This document shows positions 1 to 9,411 of a stretch of 64,000 bases of DNA, in pieces. The notes below the pieces were generated by a model that saw only the letters and a program-made list of their open reading frames with translations, had not been told where the DNA came from and did not search any database. A program made the translations under genes and the position numbers. Position 1 is the first letter of the stretch; every line of letters starts with the position of its first letter. The DNA is taken from NCBI GenBank assembly GCA_038230375.1, contig JBBRNJ010000038.1, positions 14,721 through 78,720 of the forward strand, read 5' to 3'. The stretch comes from Polyangiales bacterium. Lineage in GTDB: Bacteria; Myxococcota_A; Polyangia; Polyangiales; Polyangiaceae.

Positions 1-326
1 CGGTTGCGCGCGAGCTGGGCGCGCACGACCTCGAGCTCGTGCGCGAGCACCGGCCTGACCCGCTTCTCGAGATCTCCAATGCCGATGTTGTCCTTGAGTC
101 GGTAGTCCTTGCCGTACAACGTCCGCTGCCGAAACCCCGAGAGGTAGAGCACGGCCTCGCGCAGCGTCTTCGAGGGGATGGTCCCCGTGTGGAGCGACAC
201 ACCACCGACGCGATCGGGCCTATCGACCACGGCGACGCGCTTTCCGAGCTTGGCGGCGCAGATGGCGCCCTTCTGCCCCGCAGGTCCGCTCCCGATGACG
301 ACCAGGTCATAGCTATCCGCGCTCAC
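1..326 (-). CDS. sthA: Soluble pyridine nucleotide transhydrogenase, N-terminal part (runs off the window edge)
   Basis: Not in the ORF track. Manual translation from GTG 326 gives [35 protein letters not shown]...[22 protein letters not shown]-binding GxGxxG plus the SthA-type [10 protein letters not shown] motif, with no CxxxxC disulfide. Confidence 0.85.
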   Translation of the reverse strand, partial: MSADSYDLVVIGSGPAGQKGAICAAKLGKRVAVVDRPDRVGGVSLHTGTIPSKTLREAVLYLSGFRQRTLYGKDYRLKDNIGIGDLEKRVRPVLAHELEVVRAQLARN

Positions 327-402
327 CCCGTAGGGCGTACATCCATCGGGGCCATCGCGCCACCCTCATGCGAGCGCCGCCGGCACATGCGTCAACTATC
401 CA

Positions 403-666
403 TCAGCTATGCGGGCTGATCAGCTCTTCGATCTTCGAGCGGGTCTCGTTGGTGAGATCGATCGGGCGACCCGTGAGCACGAACGTGCCGTCCGCTTGCT
501 TCTTGGAGCCGTGGATCTTCACGCGAATCTTCACGTTGGGCTCGGATGAAAGGGCGCCGTCGATGCGTGAGCCCGGTGGTGCTGGCGTGGTGGAGCGCAG
601 CGTGACCACCTCTCCCATGAGGAGCATGTAGTTGGCTTCCCCGCCCTTTTCCCAGCGCACGTGCAT
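403..666 (-). CDS. Hypothetical protein, 87 aa
   Basis: ATG with a purine-rich RBS (AAGGGAAG), 8 nt downstream of the smpB stop. Confidence 0.7.
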   Translation of the reverse strand: MHVRWEKGGEANYMLLMGEVVTLRSTTPAPPGSRIDGALSSEPNVKIRVKIHGSKKQADGTFVLTGRPIDLTNETRSKIEELISPHS

Positions 667-674
667 GGCTTCCC

Positions 675-1178
675 TTACTTCCGCTCGCGCCGGATGGCAG
701 CGCGGGCCTCGCGGTCCGCTGTCTTTTCCTTGATGGCCGCGCGCTTGTCGTGGGACTTCCTGCCCTTCGCGACCGCGATCTCGATCTTCACGCGCCCCTT
801 CGTGAGGTACAGGCGGAGCGGCACGAGCGTCATGCCGTCGCGCGACACGGCATCATGCAGCTTCTCGATCTCGTGCTTGTGCAGGAGCACCTTGCGGGCG
901 CGACGCGGGTCGTGCGGGAACGCGCTCGCCTGCTCGAAGGGTGCAACATACAACTGTTTCAGGTACATCTCGCCGTGGTCGACGGAGCAGTACGCGTCCA
1001 CCATCTCGACCTTGCCGTTGCGGATGGACTTCACCTCGCTGCCGACGAGCACCAGGCCGCCCTCGTAGCTGTCCTCGATCTCGTAGTCGAAGGTGGCGCG
1101 GCGGTTCTTGACCAGAACGGTCTCGCCCTTCGCGTTTGCCTTCGGCTTGCGCTCCTTGTTGTCGCCCTTGCCCGCCAC
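675..1178 (-). CDS. smpB: SsrA-binding protein SmpB
   Basis: NRRATFDY, GLVLVGSEVKSIR, KVLLHKHEI and KGRKSHDKR motifs. Confidence 0.97.
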   Translation of the reverse strand: MAGKGDNKERKPKANAKGETVLVKNRRATFDYEIEDSYEGGLVLVGSEVKSIRNGKVEMVDAYCSVDHGEMYLKQLYVAPFEQASAFPHDPRRARKVLLHKHEIEKLHDAVSRDGMTLVPLRLYLTKGRVKIEIAVAKGRKSHDKRAAIKEKTADREARAAIRRERK

Positions 1179-1180
1179 CG

Positions 1181-1948
1181 TCAGCCTCCGTCCGCGGGCG
1201 GGAGCTCTTCGCCGTCGTACGGGAGAAGGAACGTGCCGCTCTCACCCTCGTGCGGAACGCCGAGACGACCCTCGAGCTTCTCGATGCGCTCGCGCAGCCT
1301 CTCGTTCTGCGAGATGACGGCGCGGAACATCTCGGTGACCGGGTCGGGCAGGTTCGCGTGGTCGAGCGCCGCGTCCGCACGATGGCCCACGGGCGAGATG
1401 ATGCGGGCGGGGACGCCGACGACCGTGGCGTCCTTGGGAACGGGACGCACAACCACGCTGCCGGAGCCGATGCGGGCGCCGTCGCCGATCTCGATGGCGC
1501 CGAGCACGCACGCGTTGGAGCCCACGACGACGTTCTCGCCCAGGGTCGGGTGACGCTTGCCGCGCGAGAGCGAGGTGCCGCCGAGGACCACGCCCTTGTA
1601 GAGGATGCATCCGTCGCCGATCCTGGCGGTCTCGCCGATGACCACGCCCATGCCGTGGTCGATCACGACGCGACGGCCGATGGTGGCGCCAGGGTGGATC
1701 TCGATGCCCGTCACGAAGCGGTTCGCATGCGCGAGCAGCCGCGCGCGGAACGGGGAGCCGTGCGTCCAGAGCGAGTGCGCCGCGCGGTGCAGCCACAGCG
1801 CGTGCAGGCCGGGATACACGAGCGCCACTTCGAAGGGACCGCGCGCCGCGGGATCGTTCTCGCGCACCGCCGCGATGTCCTCGCGGACGAGCGAGGCAGT
1901 GGAAACCGCGCCCTTTGCGGCGCGAACAGCAGCGGAAAACAGGCCCAT
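1181..1948 (-). CDS. cysE: Serine O-acetyltransferase
   Basis: DPAA..YPGLHA, TGIEIHPGATIG, IDHGMGVVIGET and KRHPTLG hexapeptide-repeat motifs. Confidence 0.95.
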   Translation of the reverse strand: MGLFSAAVRAAKGAVSTASLVREDIAAVRENDPAARGPFEVALVYPGLHALWLHRAAHSLWTHGSPFRARLLAHANRFVTGIEIHPGATIGRRVVIDHGMGVVIGETARIGDGCILYKGVVLGGTSLSRGKRHPTLGENVVVGSNACVLGAIEIGDGARIGSGSVVVRPVPKDATVVGVPARIISPVGHRADAALDHANLPDPVTEMFRAVISQNERLRERIEKLEGRLGVPHEGESGTFLLPYDGEELPPADGG

Positions 1949-1969
1949 CGGAAGGGGGGAACCCTAGCA

Positions 1970-2023
1970 GACATCGACGAGGACGACATCGACAACGACG
2001 GCGACAACGACCTCGACTTCGAC
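1970..2023. repeat. Degenerate (GACNNC)n tract
   Basis: gacatc-gacgag-gac-gacatc-gacaac-gacggc-gacaac-gacctc-gacttc-gac, intergenic. Confidence 0.75.
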
Positions 2024-2077
2024 TGAGCAACCGGAAACATAGGTGACACTTTAGACCGGGCACATGGGTGACACTTT
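2024..2077. mobile_element. Orphan IS481-family-like terminal sequence (no transposase)
   Basis: TGAGCAA followed by two 22-nt direct repeats, CCGGAAACATAGGTGACACTTT and CCGGGCACATGGGTGACACTTT, with a 25-nt period. Resembles IS481-type ends as recalled. Confidence 0.55.
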
Positions 2078-2322
2078 CATGCACTCTGCACGTGTTTGAC
2101 CCATAGGTGCTGCGGTCGCCGTAGGGACGAACGCTGCCTCGATGGCGCCGAACGTCTCCGTTGCGCGGACTGGGCCTCCCGCCTGGGCGTTCAGAAACGT
2201 TCACCTCCCAGGTGTACGACGCGCAAGGAAACGCCGACAAAATCGCAAATTCACCCGAAATTGTACACCTGGTGGGTGTACTCGGTTTTTGGCGATTCAC
2301 GAGACGGGTGCCAAGGGCGGCG

Positions 2323-2386
2323 CTTCGACTTCGACTTCGACTTTCCCCTTCCCCTCGACCTTCCCCTTCCCCTCGACCTAGACTTC
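2323..2386. repeat. Degenerate hexamer tract (CTTCGA)3 plus pyrimidine-rich variants
   Basis: cttcgacttcgacttcgac, then (ttccccttcccctcgacc)x2. Confidence 0.75.
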
Positions 2387-2415
2387 CTCGCGTGTTCACC
2401 CTTCGCCCTCCCACG

Positions 2416-2958
2416 ATGAAAAAATGGTCGCGTTCCGGAACGGAGCGCGTGGCCTCCTATCCGGTGTTTGGCGTGGAGAAGCACAAGATTCACGATGGCG
2501 AGGGCAAGCCGCGACGGGACGTGTTCACGTTTGCGTGCACGGACTGGTGCAACGTCATCGCGCGCACGGCGCAGGGCGAGATCGTGATGATCTGGCAGTA
2601 CCGCTTCGGCACCGACGAGCTGTCGCTGGAGATCCCGGGCGGCGTGATCGACCCCGGGGAAGAGCCCATCGCAGCCGCCCAGCGCGAGCTGCGCGAGGAG
2701 ACGGGCTACGGCGCGACCTCCTTCCGGCACCTCTCCACCGTCGCTGCAAACCCGGCCATCCAGAATAACCGCTGCCACACGTTCGTCGCCGACGCCGCCG
2801 CGCCGGAAGGAAGCACAGCGTTCGACGACCTCGAGGAGTGCGAGCTGTGCCTCGTTCCGGAGGCCGCGATCCCCGCACTGCTCGACGACGGCACGCTCTC
2901 CCACGCGCTGGTTGTCTCAGCGCTGGAAACGTATCTGCGGCGCCGCCAGACGACTTGA
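2416..2958 (+). CDS. NUDIX hydrolase (ADP-ribose pyrophosphatase-like)
   Basis: Nudix box GGVIDPGEEPIAAAQRELREETG, plus QYR..LEIPG. Start trimmed to ATG 2416. Confidence 0.92.
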   Translation: MKKWSRSGTERVASYPVFGVEKHKIHDGEGKPRRDVFTFACTDWCNVIARTAQGEIVMIWQYRFGTDELSLEIPGGVIDPGEEPIAAAQRELREETGYGATSFRHLSTVAANPAIQNNRCHTFVADAAAPEGSTAFDDLEECELCLVPEAAIPALLDDGTLSHALVVSALETYLRRRQTT

Positions 2959-3021
2959 TGCTTGTAGCACCGGGGTGCGCCGAATAGCCTGAGCCTCCAT
3001 TCGTCTTCAAGGAGTTTCACC

Positions 3022-3708
3022 ATGCGTCGTTCCGCCTTCTTCTTCGTCACCACGGCCCTCGTCATCATCGGCTGCACGGCCACGAACAATGCAGGCAGCG
3101 ACGGGGGCGGCGGCGGCGGCGGGGGCGGCGGCAGCTGTACTCCGAACAACACCGACGGCGCATCTTCATGCCAGGGCGCGCCCCAGGATGTGTGCGCGGG
3201 CTCCGAGTACTGCTCCATCAACCAGTGCCGGACTGGCTGCGCCGCGACGGCCAACTGTCCCAACGGCCTGTTCTGCGATCTGTCCGCACCGAGCCAGGAC
3301 GTCTTCATCAAGAAGCCCATCGGCCTCTGCCGTGCGTGCCCGGCGGCGGGAACGACGGACGCTGGTGGCGGCGGTACTGCAACATGCGACGACGTGCACG
3401 GCGCCTACACCATCAAGAGCGACCCCAGCTCCTCGATGGGCTGCGGCACCAGCTCTGGCGAGTGCACCGTCACGCAGACCGGATGCGCCGTGACGCTCGC
3501 CTGCCCGATGGGCGGCGGCACGAACACAGTCACCATCAACGCGATGGACAAGGGCACATTCATGGGCACGATGACCATCCAGGGCATGGTGGTGAACGAG
3601 AACTGCGCCGTGTCGTTCGACAACACGCTCGGCACCCTGCTGATCGATTGTCAGCTCACTGCAACCGGCGGCGCAGCCGACTGCAAGATCAACGGAACCA
3701 AGAAGTAG
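3022..3708 (+). CDS. Cys-rich lipoprotein
   Basis: AAGGAG RBS, signal peptide with lipobox IIGC, poly-Gly linker, many paired Cys. Confidence 0.8.
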   Translation: MRRSAFFFVTTALVIIGCTATNNAGSDGGGGGGGGGGSCTPNNTDGASSCQGAPQDVCAGSEYCSINQCRTGCAATANCPNGLFCDLSAPSQDVFIKKPIGLCRACPAAGTTDAGGGGTATCDDVHGAYTIKSDPSSSMGCGTSSGECTVTQTGCAVTLACPMGGGTNTVTINAMDKGTFMGTMTIQGMVVNENCAVSFDNTLGTLLIDCQLTATGGAADCKINGTKK

Positions 3709-3713
3709 ATCGG

Positions 3714-4880
3714 CTACTCGTTGCCGTCGTTGCCGTCGTTGACGTCGCTGACGTCGCTGATGTCGTCTGCCCAGCGCTCGCGGAATGCTGCTTCCGGCGT
3801 GGAGTCGCGGAGCCGCACGGCCGACTCCCGACCTTCGCCGGCCGCTGCCATGATCTCTGTGGTCTTGGCGTCGTCCGTCATGCGAGGCACGGACGCGGAC
3901 CCGCGCTTGTTCTGGGCGATCACGTTGGCCATCTCGTTGCGGAGGAAGACGCGCATGTCACCCACTCCGAGCGACAGGGCCACACGGCGAAGCTCGAATT
4001 CCATCACGCCCGCGTCCGAGTAACGCTGCTCAGGGTCCTGCGCGAGCGCGCCGTTGAGCACATCGAAGAGCTCGCGCGGCAGGCGCGGGCGGAACGCCGG
4101 TTGGTCCATCGCGCCATCGCGCGCCAGCGCGATCACCTCTGCGTGGTGCGCCGGCTGCGTGAAGCGCGGACCCACGAGCATCTCGCGAAGGAGCAGGCCG
4201 AGCGAGAACACATCCGAGCGCGCGTCCGCCGGAACGCCCGACACGACCTCAGGCGCAAGGCTCACCGCGCGGTGCGCGATCATCTTCAGATTGCGAATGG
4301 ACGACGCGGCGTGCCTTGCCCCGGCGAGCTCGAAGTCCGCGACCTTCACCTGTCCTTCGGGGGAGAGCAGCACCTCACGCGAAGACAGCTCGCCGTGGAT
4401 GACCGACAGGCGCTGACCTCTTGCGTCCGTGGCCATCTGGGCGCCCGACAGCGCCTCTGCGATCTCCAGCGTGATGAACAGCGCCAGATCGAGCGGCAGC
4501 CTGCGGCCGTCAGCCGTGACCGCGTCCAGGAAGCGGCGGAGGGAAAGCCCAGGCACCAGCTCCGTCACCAGATACGGCTGGCACTCCTCGAACACGCCGA
4601 ACTCGAAGACGGAGACGACATTTGGATGCAGAATACACGCAGACCGGCGGGCGCTGCGAAGGATGGCGCTCTCCACCACCGCGCGACCCTCGGTGGCCGT
4701 CGTGCCGAAGATCTTGATCGCGACCTTGCGTGAGACGCCGGTGCGCAGATCGTGCAGCGTGGCGCTGTGCACGAAGGACATCGTGCCCCGACCGATGAGC
4801 CCGCCGAGCTCTACTGCGCGATCCTCGCCCAGTGAAATCGAACCTGCGGGTGGTGGTGTGTAACGATTCGGGTGCTGCAT
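3714..4880 (-). CDS. Ser/Thr protein kinase-like protein, probable pseudokinase
   Basis: IGRG loop, VAIK, HPNVV, APE and SDVFSLG are present, but HRD is HGE and DFG is DFE. Start taken at MQHPNRY. Confidence 0.85.
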   Translation of the reverse strand: MQHPNRYTPPPAGSISLGEDRAVELGGLIGRGTMSFVHSATLHDLRTGVSRKVAIKIFGTTATEGRAVVESAILRSARRSACILHPNVVSVFEFGVFEECQPYLVTELVPGLSLRRFLDAVTADGRRLPLDLALFITLEIAEALSGAQMATDARGQRLSVIHGELSSREVLLSPEGQVKVADFELAGARHAASSIRNLKMIAHRAVSLAPEVVSGVPADARSDVFSLGLLLREMLVGPRFTQPAHHAEVIALARDGAMDQPAFRPRLPRELFDVLNGALAQDPEQRYSDAGVMEFELRRVALSLGVGDMRVFLRNEMANVIAQNKRGSASVPRMTDDAKTTEIMAAAGEGRESAVRLRDSTPEAAFRERWADDISDVSDVNDGNDGNE

Positions 4881-5166
4881 GGACCTACTTCGGCCCCCGC
4901 TGCGATCATTGCAACTGGCGGACCAGACGCGGCTGCAGCCGTGCGCAGCAAATCGTGCTGCGACTCCCGAATGCGACAGACCTGGATTGGTGCACTGACT
5001 CGGTCGCGATCCAGGCGCAGATCTCGGGGGAAACAAGCCGGATCCTGCGAACATCTACTCCGGTGTGGGCGCCACAGGAGTGCTAATGATCGTTCACCTT
5101 GAACATGTGGACGAGCCCCAAGGGCGAGGACCTTGTGCGAGACGACCGACCGAAGGGAGGAAAGTC

Positions 5167-5466
5167 TTGAAGACGGCGGATCGGCTCCCCACGGTGCACT
5201 TTCTGGTCTGCGGCAACACCCGGCCGGAGGACTCGCCGCTCGGTCGTGGCTGCGGGCTCGTGGGCGAGCACGTCTACGTCGCGTTGAAGCAAGAGGTGAC
5301 GCAAAAGCGTGCGACCGTCGACGTGTGGGTCACGAAGACCGCGTGCCTTGGACTGTGTCCGAAGCACGGCGCGACCGTCGCGGTATATCCGGCGCGGGTG
5401 TTCTACACTGAGGTGGAGGCGGGAGACGCCGAGGAGCTCTATCAAGACCATGCAAAAGCCCGCTGA
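5167..5466 (+). CDS. Thioredoxin-like [2Fe-2S] ferredoxin
   Basis: LVCGN...GCG...TACLGLCP...VAVYP...Y pattern. TTG start after GGAGG. Confidence 0.8.
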   Translation: MKTADRLPTVHFLVCGNTRPEDSPLGRGCGLVGEHVYVALKQEVTQKRATVDVWVTKTACLGLCPKHGATVAVYPARVFYTEVEAGDAEELYQDHAKAR

Positions 5467-5725
5467 GCTGACGCTCCAGGAGCTGACGGAGTTGATCTCG
5501 GAGATCGAGGCGCTCCAGGAGAAGAAGGTCATCGACCTGGCGCGGCGCCTTCATCCTGGGCTCACCCACGACGACATCAAGAACCCGCACGACTTCCCCG
5601 AGCTCAACGATCCCGACTGGCACTATGCGGACGGCGTGCTCACTGGCATCCAGACCGTGAAGATGGCGGTGCTCTCTCGCATCCGAAGCTCGCGCGACAG
5701 CAGGCCGGAGGAAACGTCGTCGTGA
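5450..5725 (+). CDS. Hypothetical protein, 91 aa
   Basis: Overlaps both neighbours. NPHDFPEL.DPDWHY.DG segment and typical codon bias. Confidence 0.75.
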   Translation: MQKPAELTLQELTELISEIEALQEKKVIDLARRLHPGLTHDDIKNPHDFPELNDPDWHYADGVLTGIQTVKMAVLSRIRSSRDSRPEETSS

Positions 5726-6435
5726 CGAGAAAAGACAAGGCCGACAAGGGCTCGCCGTTCTTCGCGCTGAACGAGCTGAAGAACCGGATGGAGAAGGAGG
5801 CGGCGCAGAAGGAGACCGCAGGCGCGAAGAAGCCCGCATCGCCTGCGCCCAGAGGCAGTGCCGCGAAGAAGACTGGCACCGTGGCTGCCCACGACGAAGA
5901 GGTGGAGAGCTTCCATCGGATGATGATGGGCGTCGCGCCCATGCCCACGGACAAGCCCGTCCGCGCTGGCGCCGAGCCCACGAAGAACCTGCGCGCCGAC
6001 GAGATCAGGGGCCGGGCTGGGGCAGAGGCGGAGGAGGCGCGCGAGCGGCTGGCCGCGCTGGCAATGGGCGACCTGAAGTTCGAGGTCACGGACGACGGCG
6101 CGCACATGGAAGGCAGGCGCGCCGACGCCCAGCCGGAGCTGCTCAGGAAGCTGCGTCGCGGCGTCCTGCCTGTGGACGTGACGCTGGACCTGCACGGGCT
6201 GCGCGCGACCGAGGCGGAGGAGTCGCTCTTCGCGTTCCTGGCGAAGGCGCGCACCGCAGGGGAGCGCGTCGCGCGTATCATCCACGGCAAGGGGCACCAC
6301 TCACCCGGAAATATCGGCGTGCTTCGCGGAGAGCTGGGCGCGTGGCTTTCGCAGGGGCGCTCGAGCAGGCTGGTCGTCGCGTTTGCAACGGCGCCAGCCG
6401 ACAGTGGTGCAACGCTGGTGGCGCTCGCGCGGTAG
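5722..6435 (+). CDS. Smr/MutS2-domain protein
   Basis: LDLHG and IIHGKG motifs. GTGA overlap with the upstream gene. Confidence 0.9.
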   Translation: MTRKDKADKGSPFFALNELKNRMEKEAAQKETAGAKKPASPAPRGSAAKKTGTVAAHDEEVESFHRMMMGVAPMPTDKPVRAGAEPTKNLRADEIRGRAGAEAEEARERLAALAMGDLKFEVTDDGAHMEGRRADAQPELLRKLRRGVLPVDVTLDLHGLRATEAEESLFAFLAKARTAGERVARIIHGKGHHSPGNIGVLRGELGAWLSQGRSSRLVVAFATAPADSGATLVALAR

Positions 6436-6483
6436 CTCGACTACCGTGATGGGTCGGATACCCCTCTCTAGAAGGGAACACGC

Positions 6484-7404
6484 ATGGTCGAAAAGCTCCA
6501 GAAGGTCTGGCTCGATGGTGAGCTCGTCGCGTGGGATGACGCGAACGTTCACATTCTCACGCACAGCCTCCACTATGGCGTTGGCGCGTTCGAAGGCATC
6601 CGCGCCTACAAGCGCGCGGACGGCAAGACGTACGTGTTCCGCCTCAAGGAGCACATCGATCGCCTGTGGGACTCGTGCCGGCTGACGCTGCTCACACCGC
6701 GCGTGAGCAAGGAGCAGATCACCGACGCCTGCACCGAGCTCCTCCGCGTGAACAACCTGGAGGAGGGTTACCTGCGTCCCATGTTCTTCATGGGCGACGG
6801 GGCGATGGGCATCTACGCACCCGACAACCCCATTCGTGCCACCGTCATCGCATGGAAGTGGGGCGCCTACCTTGGCGAAGAGGCACTGAAGCGCGGCATC
6901 CGCGCGAAGATCAGCTCGTTCGCGCGACACCACATCAACGTGAGCCTCGCGAAGGCAAAGCTGACCGGCCAGTACGCGAACAGCGTGCTTGCAAAGCGCG
7001 AGGCGAAGTTCGGTGGATACGACGAGGCGATACTCCTCGACGTGAACGGCTTCGTCTCCGAGGGTACGGGCGAGAACATCTTCATCGTGAAGAAGGGCGT
7101 GCTCCACACGCCGGATCTCTCGAGCAGCATCCTGGAAGGCATCACGCGCGACACAGTCATGGTGATCGCTCGGGAGCTCGGCCTGGAGGTGCGTGAGTGC
7201 CGCATCACGCGCGACCAGCTCTGGCTCGCGGACGAGGTGTTCTTCACCGGCACGGCCGCGGAGGTCACGCCCGTTCGCGAGGTCGACAACCGCCCGATCG
7301 GCGACGGCGTCGTTGGCCCCATCACCAAGCGCATCCAGACACGCTTCTTCGACATCGTGCGTGGCTCGGACTCCTCGCACCCCGAATGGCTCACCAAGGT
7401 CTGA
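6484..7404 (+). CDS. ilvE: Branched-chain amino acid aminotransferase
   Basis: HSLHYGVGAFEGIRAY, AKLTGQY, EGTGENIF, LEGITR and GTAAEVTP motifs. Confidence 0.97.
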   Translation: MVEKLQKVWLDGELVAWDDANVHILTHSLHYGVGAFEGIRAYKRADGKTYVFRLKEHIDRLWDSCRLTLLTPRVSKEQITDACTELLRVNNLEEGYLRPMFFMGDGAMGIYAPDNPIRATVIAWKWGAYLGEEALKRGIRAKISSFARHHINVSLAKAKLTGQYANSVLAKREAKFGGYDEAILLDVNGFVSEGTGENIFIVKKGVLHTPDLSSSILEGITRDTVMVIARELGLEVRECRITRDQLWLADEVFFTGTAAEVTPVREVDNRPIGDGVVGPITKRIQTRFFDIVRGSDSSHPEWLTKV

Positions 7405-8102
7405 ACGCACGCACGCTGCTGTGTGCGCTTCTTCTGCTCTGCATCGACAGCGCGGGGTGCGGCGATCCTCCGCCGGTCAACGCGCCCACCCGCCAGGATC
7501 CGGCGGTGAAGGCAGACCCGCCCTCGCCCGAGTTCGCCGAGAGCACGTGGGGTAAGTTCCATTCGGAGCGCTTCCAGCTCACGGTGCCGCTGCCGGATGG
7601 CAAGCACTGGAAGATCGACGATCACACGCAGCCGCAGCTGGTGGCAAAGCACGCCGGTACCAGCTCCGCCGTCACGCTCTACACGACCTTCGAGCGAGAC
7701 CTCGTGAACCACAAAGCGTGCGAGGACCGCGCACGTGATGCGGGCCTGGTCCCGAAGGAGCTGCGGACGGTCGAAAGCACCGTGACCATCGGCCCCGAGG
7801 CGTTCGATTCCAGGATCTGGGTCGCGATCGAGCAGGGCAATGCATCGGCGAAGGATTCGCGGCTCACGGGCCACATCTTCCTGTTCGGCGCATACGTTCG
7901 AAAGTGCCTATTTTTCCACCTCGCGACCACCGTGCCTACGGCCCAGGACGAGCCGCGCCTTTCCGCGCGCCTGGCGTCGGCACGCGTGAGCATGGTCGCC
8001 GATCTCAAGATCGATCCGCCGCGCACGACCTTTGAATCGGACCTCCCCACGCAAGCTCCAACGCAGCCCCCGACACGGCCTGCGCCGCCGCCGGCACACT
8101 GA
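7386..8102 (+). CDS. Hypothetical lipoprotein
   Basis: Hydrophobic segment then SAGCG. Start uncertain. Confidence 0.7.
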   Translation: MAHQGLNARTLLCALLLLCIDSAGCGDPPPVNAPTRQDPAVKADPPSPEFAESTWGKFHSERFQLTVPLPDGKHWKIDDHTQPQLVAKHAGTSSAVTLYTTFERDLVNHKACEDRARDAGLVPKELRTVESTVTIGPEAFDSRIWVAIEQGNASAKDSRLTGHIFLFGAYVRKCLFFHLATTVPTAQDEPRLSARLASARVSMVADLKIDPPRTTFESDLPTQAPTQPPTRPAPPPAH

Positions 8103-8118
8103 GGTATACTGGAAGGTC

Positions 8119-8715
8119 ATGAGCGGGCGCGGCCAGATAAGAGGCGGCGTGCTCCTCTCGCGGCTCGCCTTCGTGCGTGAGCAAGCCGGCGAGTCGGGGC
8201 TGCGCGCTGTCGTGGGCGCGCTGACCGAGGCCGACCGCGTGCTCGTCACCGACATCGTCCTTGCGATCGGCTGGTATCCGTTCGAGACCCAGGAGCGCCT
8301 CGACGCGGCCATCGCGGAGCATCTTGGCGGCACGACGATCTACCGCGCGCTCGGCGCTCACTCCGCCACGTCCGCGTTGACCACCACGCACAAGAACTTC
8401 GTACGCGAGCACGATCCTCATGCGCTCTTGAAGCACATTGCCCAGCTGCACCGCCTCTACAAGGACACGGGACAGATGACCTACGATCGCGTGGACGACG
8501 GCACCGCGGTGCTCCGCGCGTTCGAATGCGACAGCTTCTCGCTCTCCGACTGCCTCACGAACCTGGGCTGGCACGAGCGCGCGATCGAGATGTGCGGAGG
8601 CCGCAACGTCCGCGCGACGGAGACGCGCTGCCGCACGAAGGGCGACTACATGTGCGAATACACGTGCCGCTGGGACATGGGACCCCCGTCAATCCGTCCA
8701 CCCCCAGCCCGCTGA
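8119..8715 (+). CDS. Myxobacterial V4R-like (TIGR02265-like) protein
   Basis: IRGGVL, WYP, GW..RAIE and C-terminal CRTKGDYMCEY..RW motifs. Confidence 0.7.
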   Translation: MSGRGQIRGGVLLSRLAFVREQAGESGLRAVVGALTEADRVLVTDIVLAIGWYPFETQERLDAAIAEHLGGTTIYRALGAHSATSALTTTHKNFVREHDPHALLKHIAQLHRLYKDTGQMTYDRVDDGTAVLRAFECDSFSLSDCLTNLGWHERAIEMCGGRNVRATETRCRTKGDYMCEYTCRWDMGPPSIRPPPAR

Positions 8716-8726
8716 CAGCAAAGGCC

Positions 8727-9344
8727 CTAGTTACAGAGGTTGGTGATCTTGCAGGTGCCGCCGCCTTTGCACGGGAGACCCACGCCGCCGTCGAAGCCGC
8801 ACGTACGACAGGCGGGCCCGCTCTGCTGCACGCAGACGTTGTACGGCTGGGCGCAGATCGCGGGGCTGAAAGCGCAGATGCAGTCGTCGTAGGTGGCTGG
8901 GCCCCTGCCTTCGCAGGCCGAAGATGTCGGCGTGGAGACACAGAAGCCGAGCGTCTGCGAATGATCCGAGCCGTTGTTGGCGCAGAGGACGCATGGGAAC
9001 GTGGCGCCTGGGCAGCCCGTGCAGTCGGCCACCTTCGTGAGGTTGCCATTGCAGGTGTACGCCAGGACCGGCGCCCCTGAGTCTTTGGGCGTGAACGCGT
9101 CGATCGTGTTGCCGCCATCGCTGGGCGAACCACCGTCCGCATTCGGCATCCCGCCGCCATCCGGCGTGTCGGCCACGGTGCCATCCAGCTCGCTGGTGGC
9201 GTCGATCGTTCCGTCGACCGTGCCGTCCTTCGCATCGCAGTTGTCACCGCAGGCGAGGCCATTGAATGATGCGGCGAGCGAGCAGGCCGCCATGAACGCG
9301 GAGAGCATCACTGTGATCGCTGCAGTGAGAGGGATCCGTCGCAC
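8727..9344 (-). CDS. Cys-rich lipoprotein
   Basis: Lipobox MAAC, DG-rich linker, C-terminal Cys-rich domain. Start estimated at GTG 9344. Confidence 0.7.
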   Translation of the reverse strand: MRRIPLTAAITVMLSAFMAACSLAASFNGLACGDNCDAKDGTVDGTIDATSELDGTVADTPDGGGMPNADGGSPSDGGNTIDAFTPKDSGAPVLAYTCNGNLTKVADCTGCPGATFPCVLCANNGSDHSQTLGFCVSTPTSSACEGRGPATYDDCICAFSPAICAQPYNVCVQQSGPACRTCGFDGGVGLPCKGGGTCKITNLCN

Positions 9345-9411
9345 GCTTCTAGCGTACCGTGCCCAGGGGAGAAGCCGCAGACAAAGCTGGAGCGTCCTCG
9401 GTCGCGGCCGG

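Noticed and set aside
1949..2415. tmRNA (ssrA) near smpB
   Set aside because: No GGGG..5' end, T-arm/CCA 3' end or tag reading frame was recognised.
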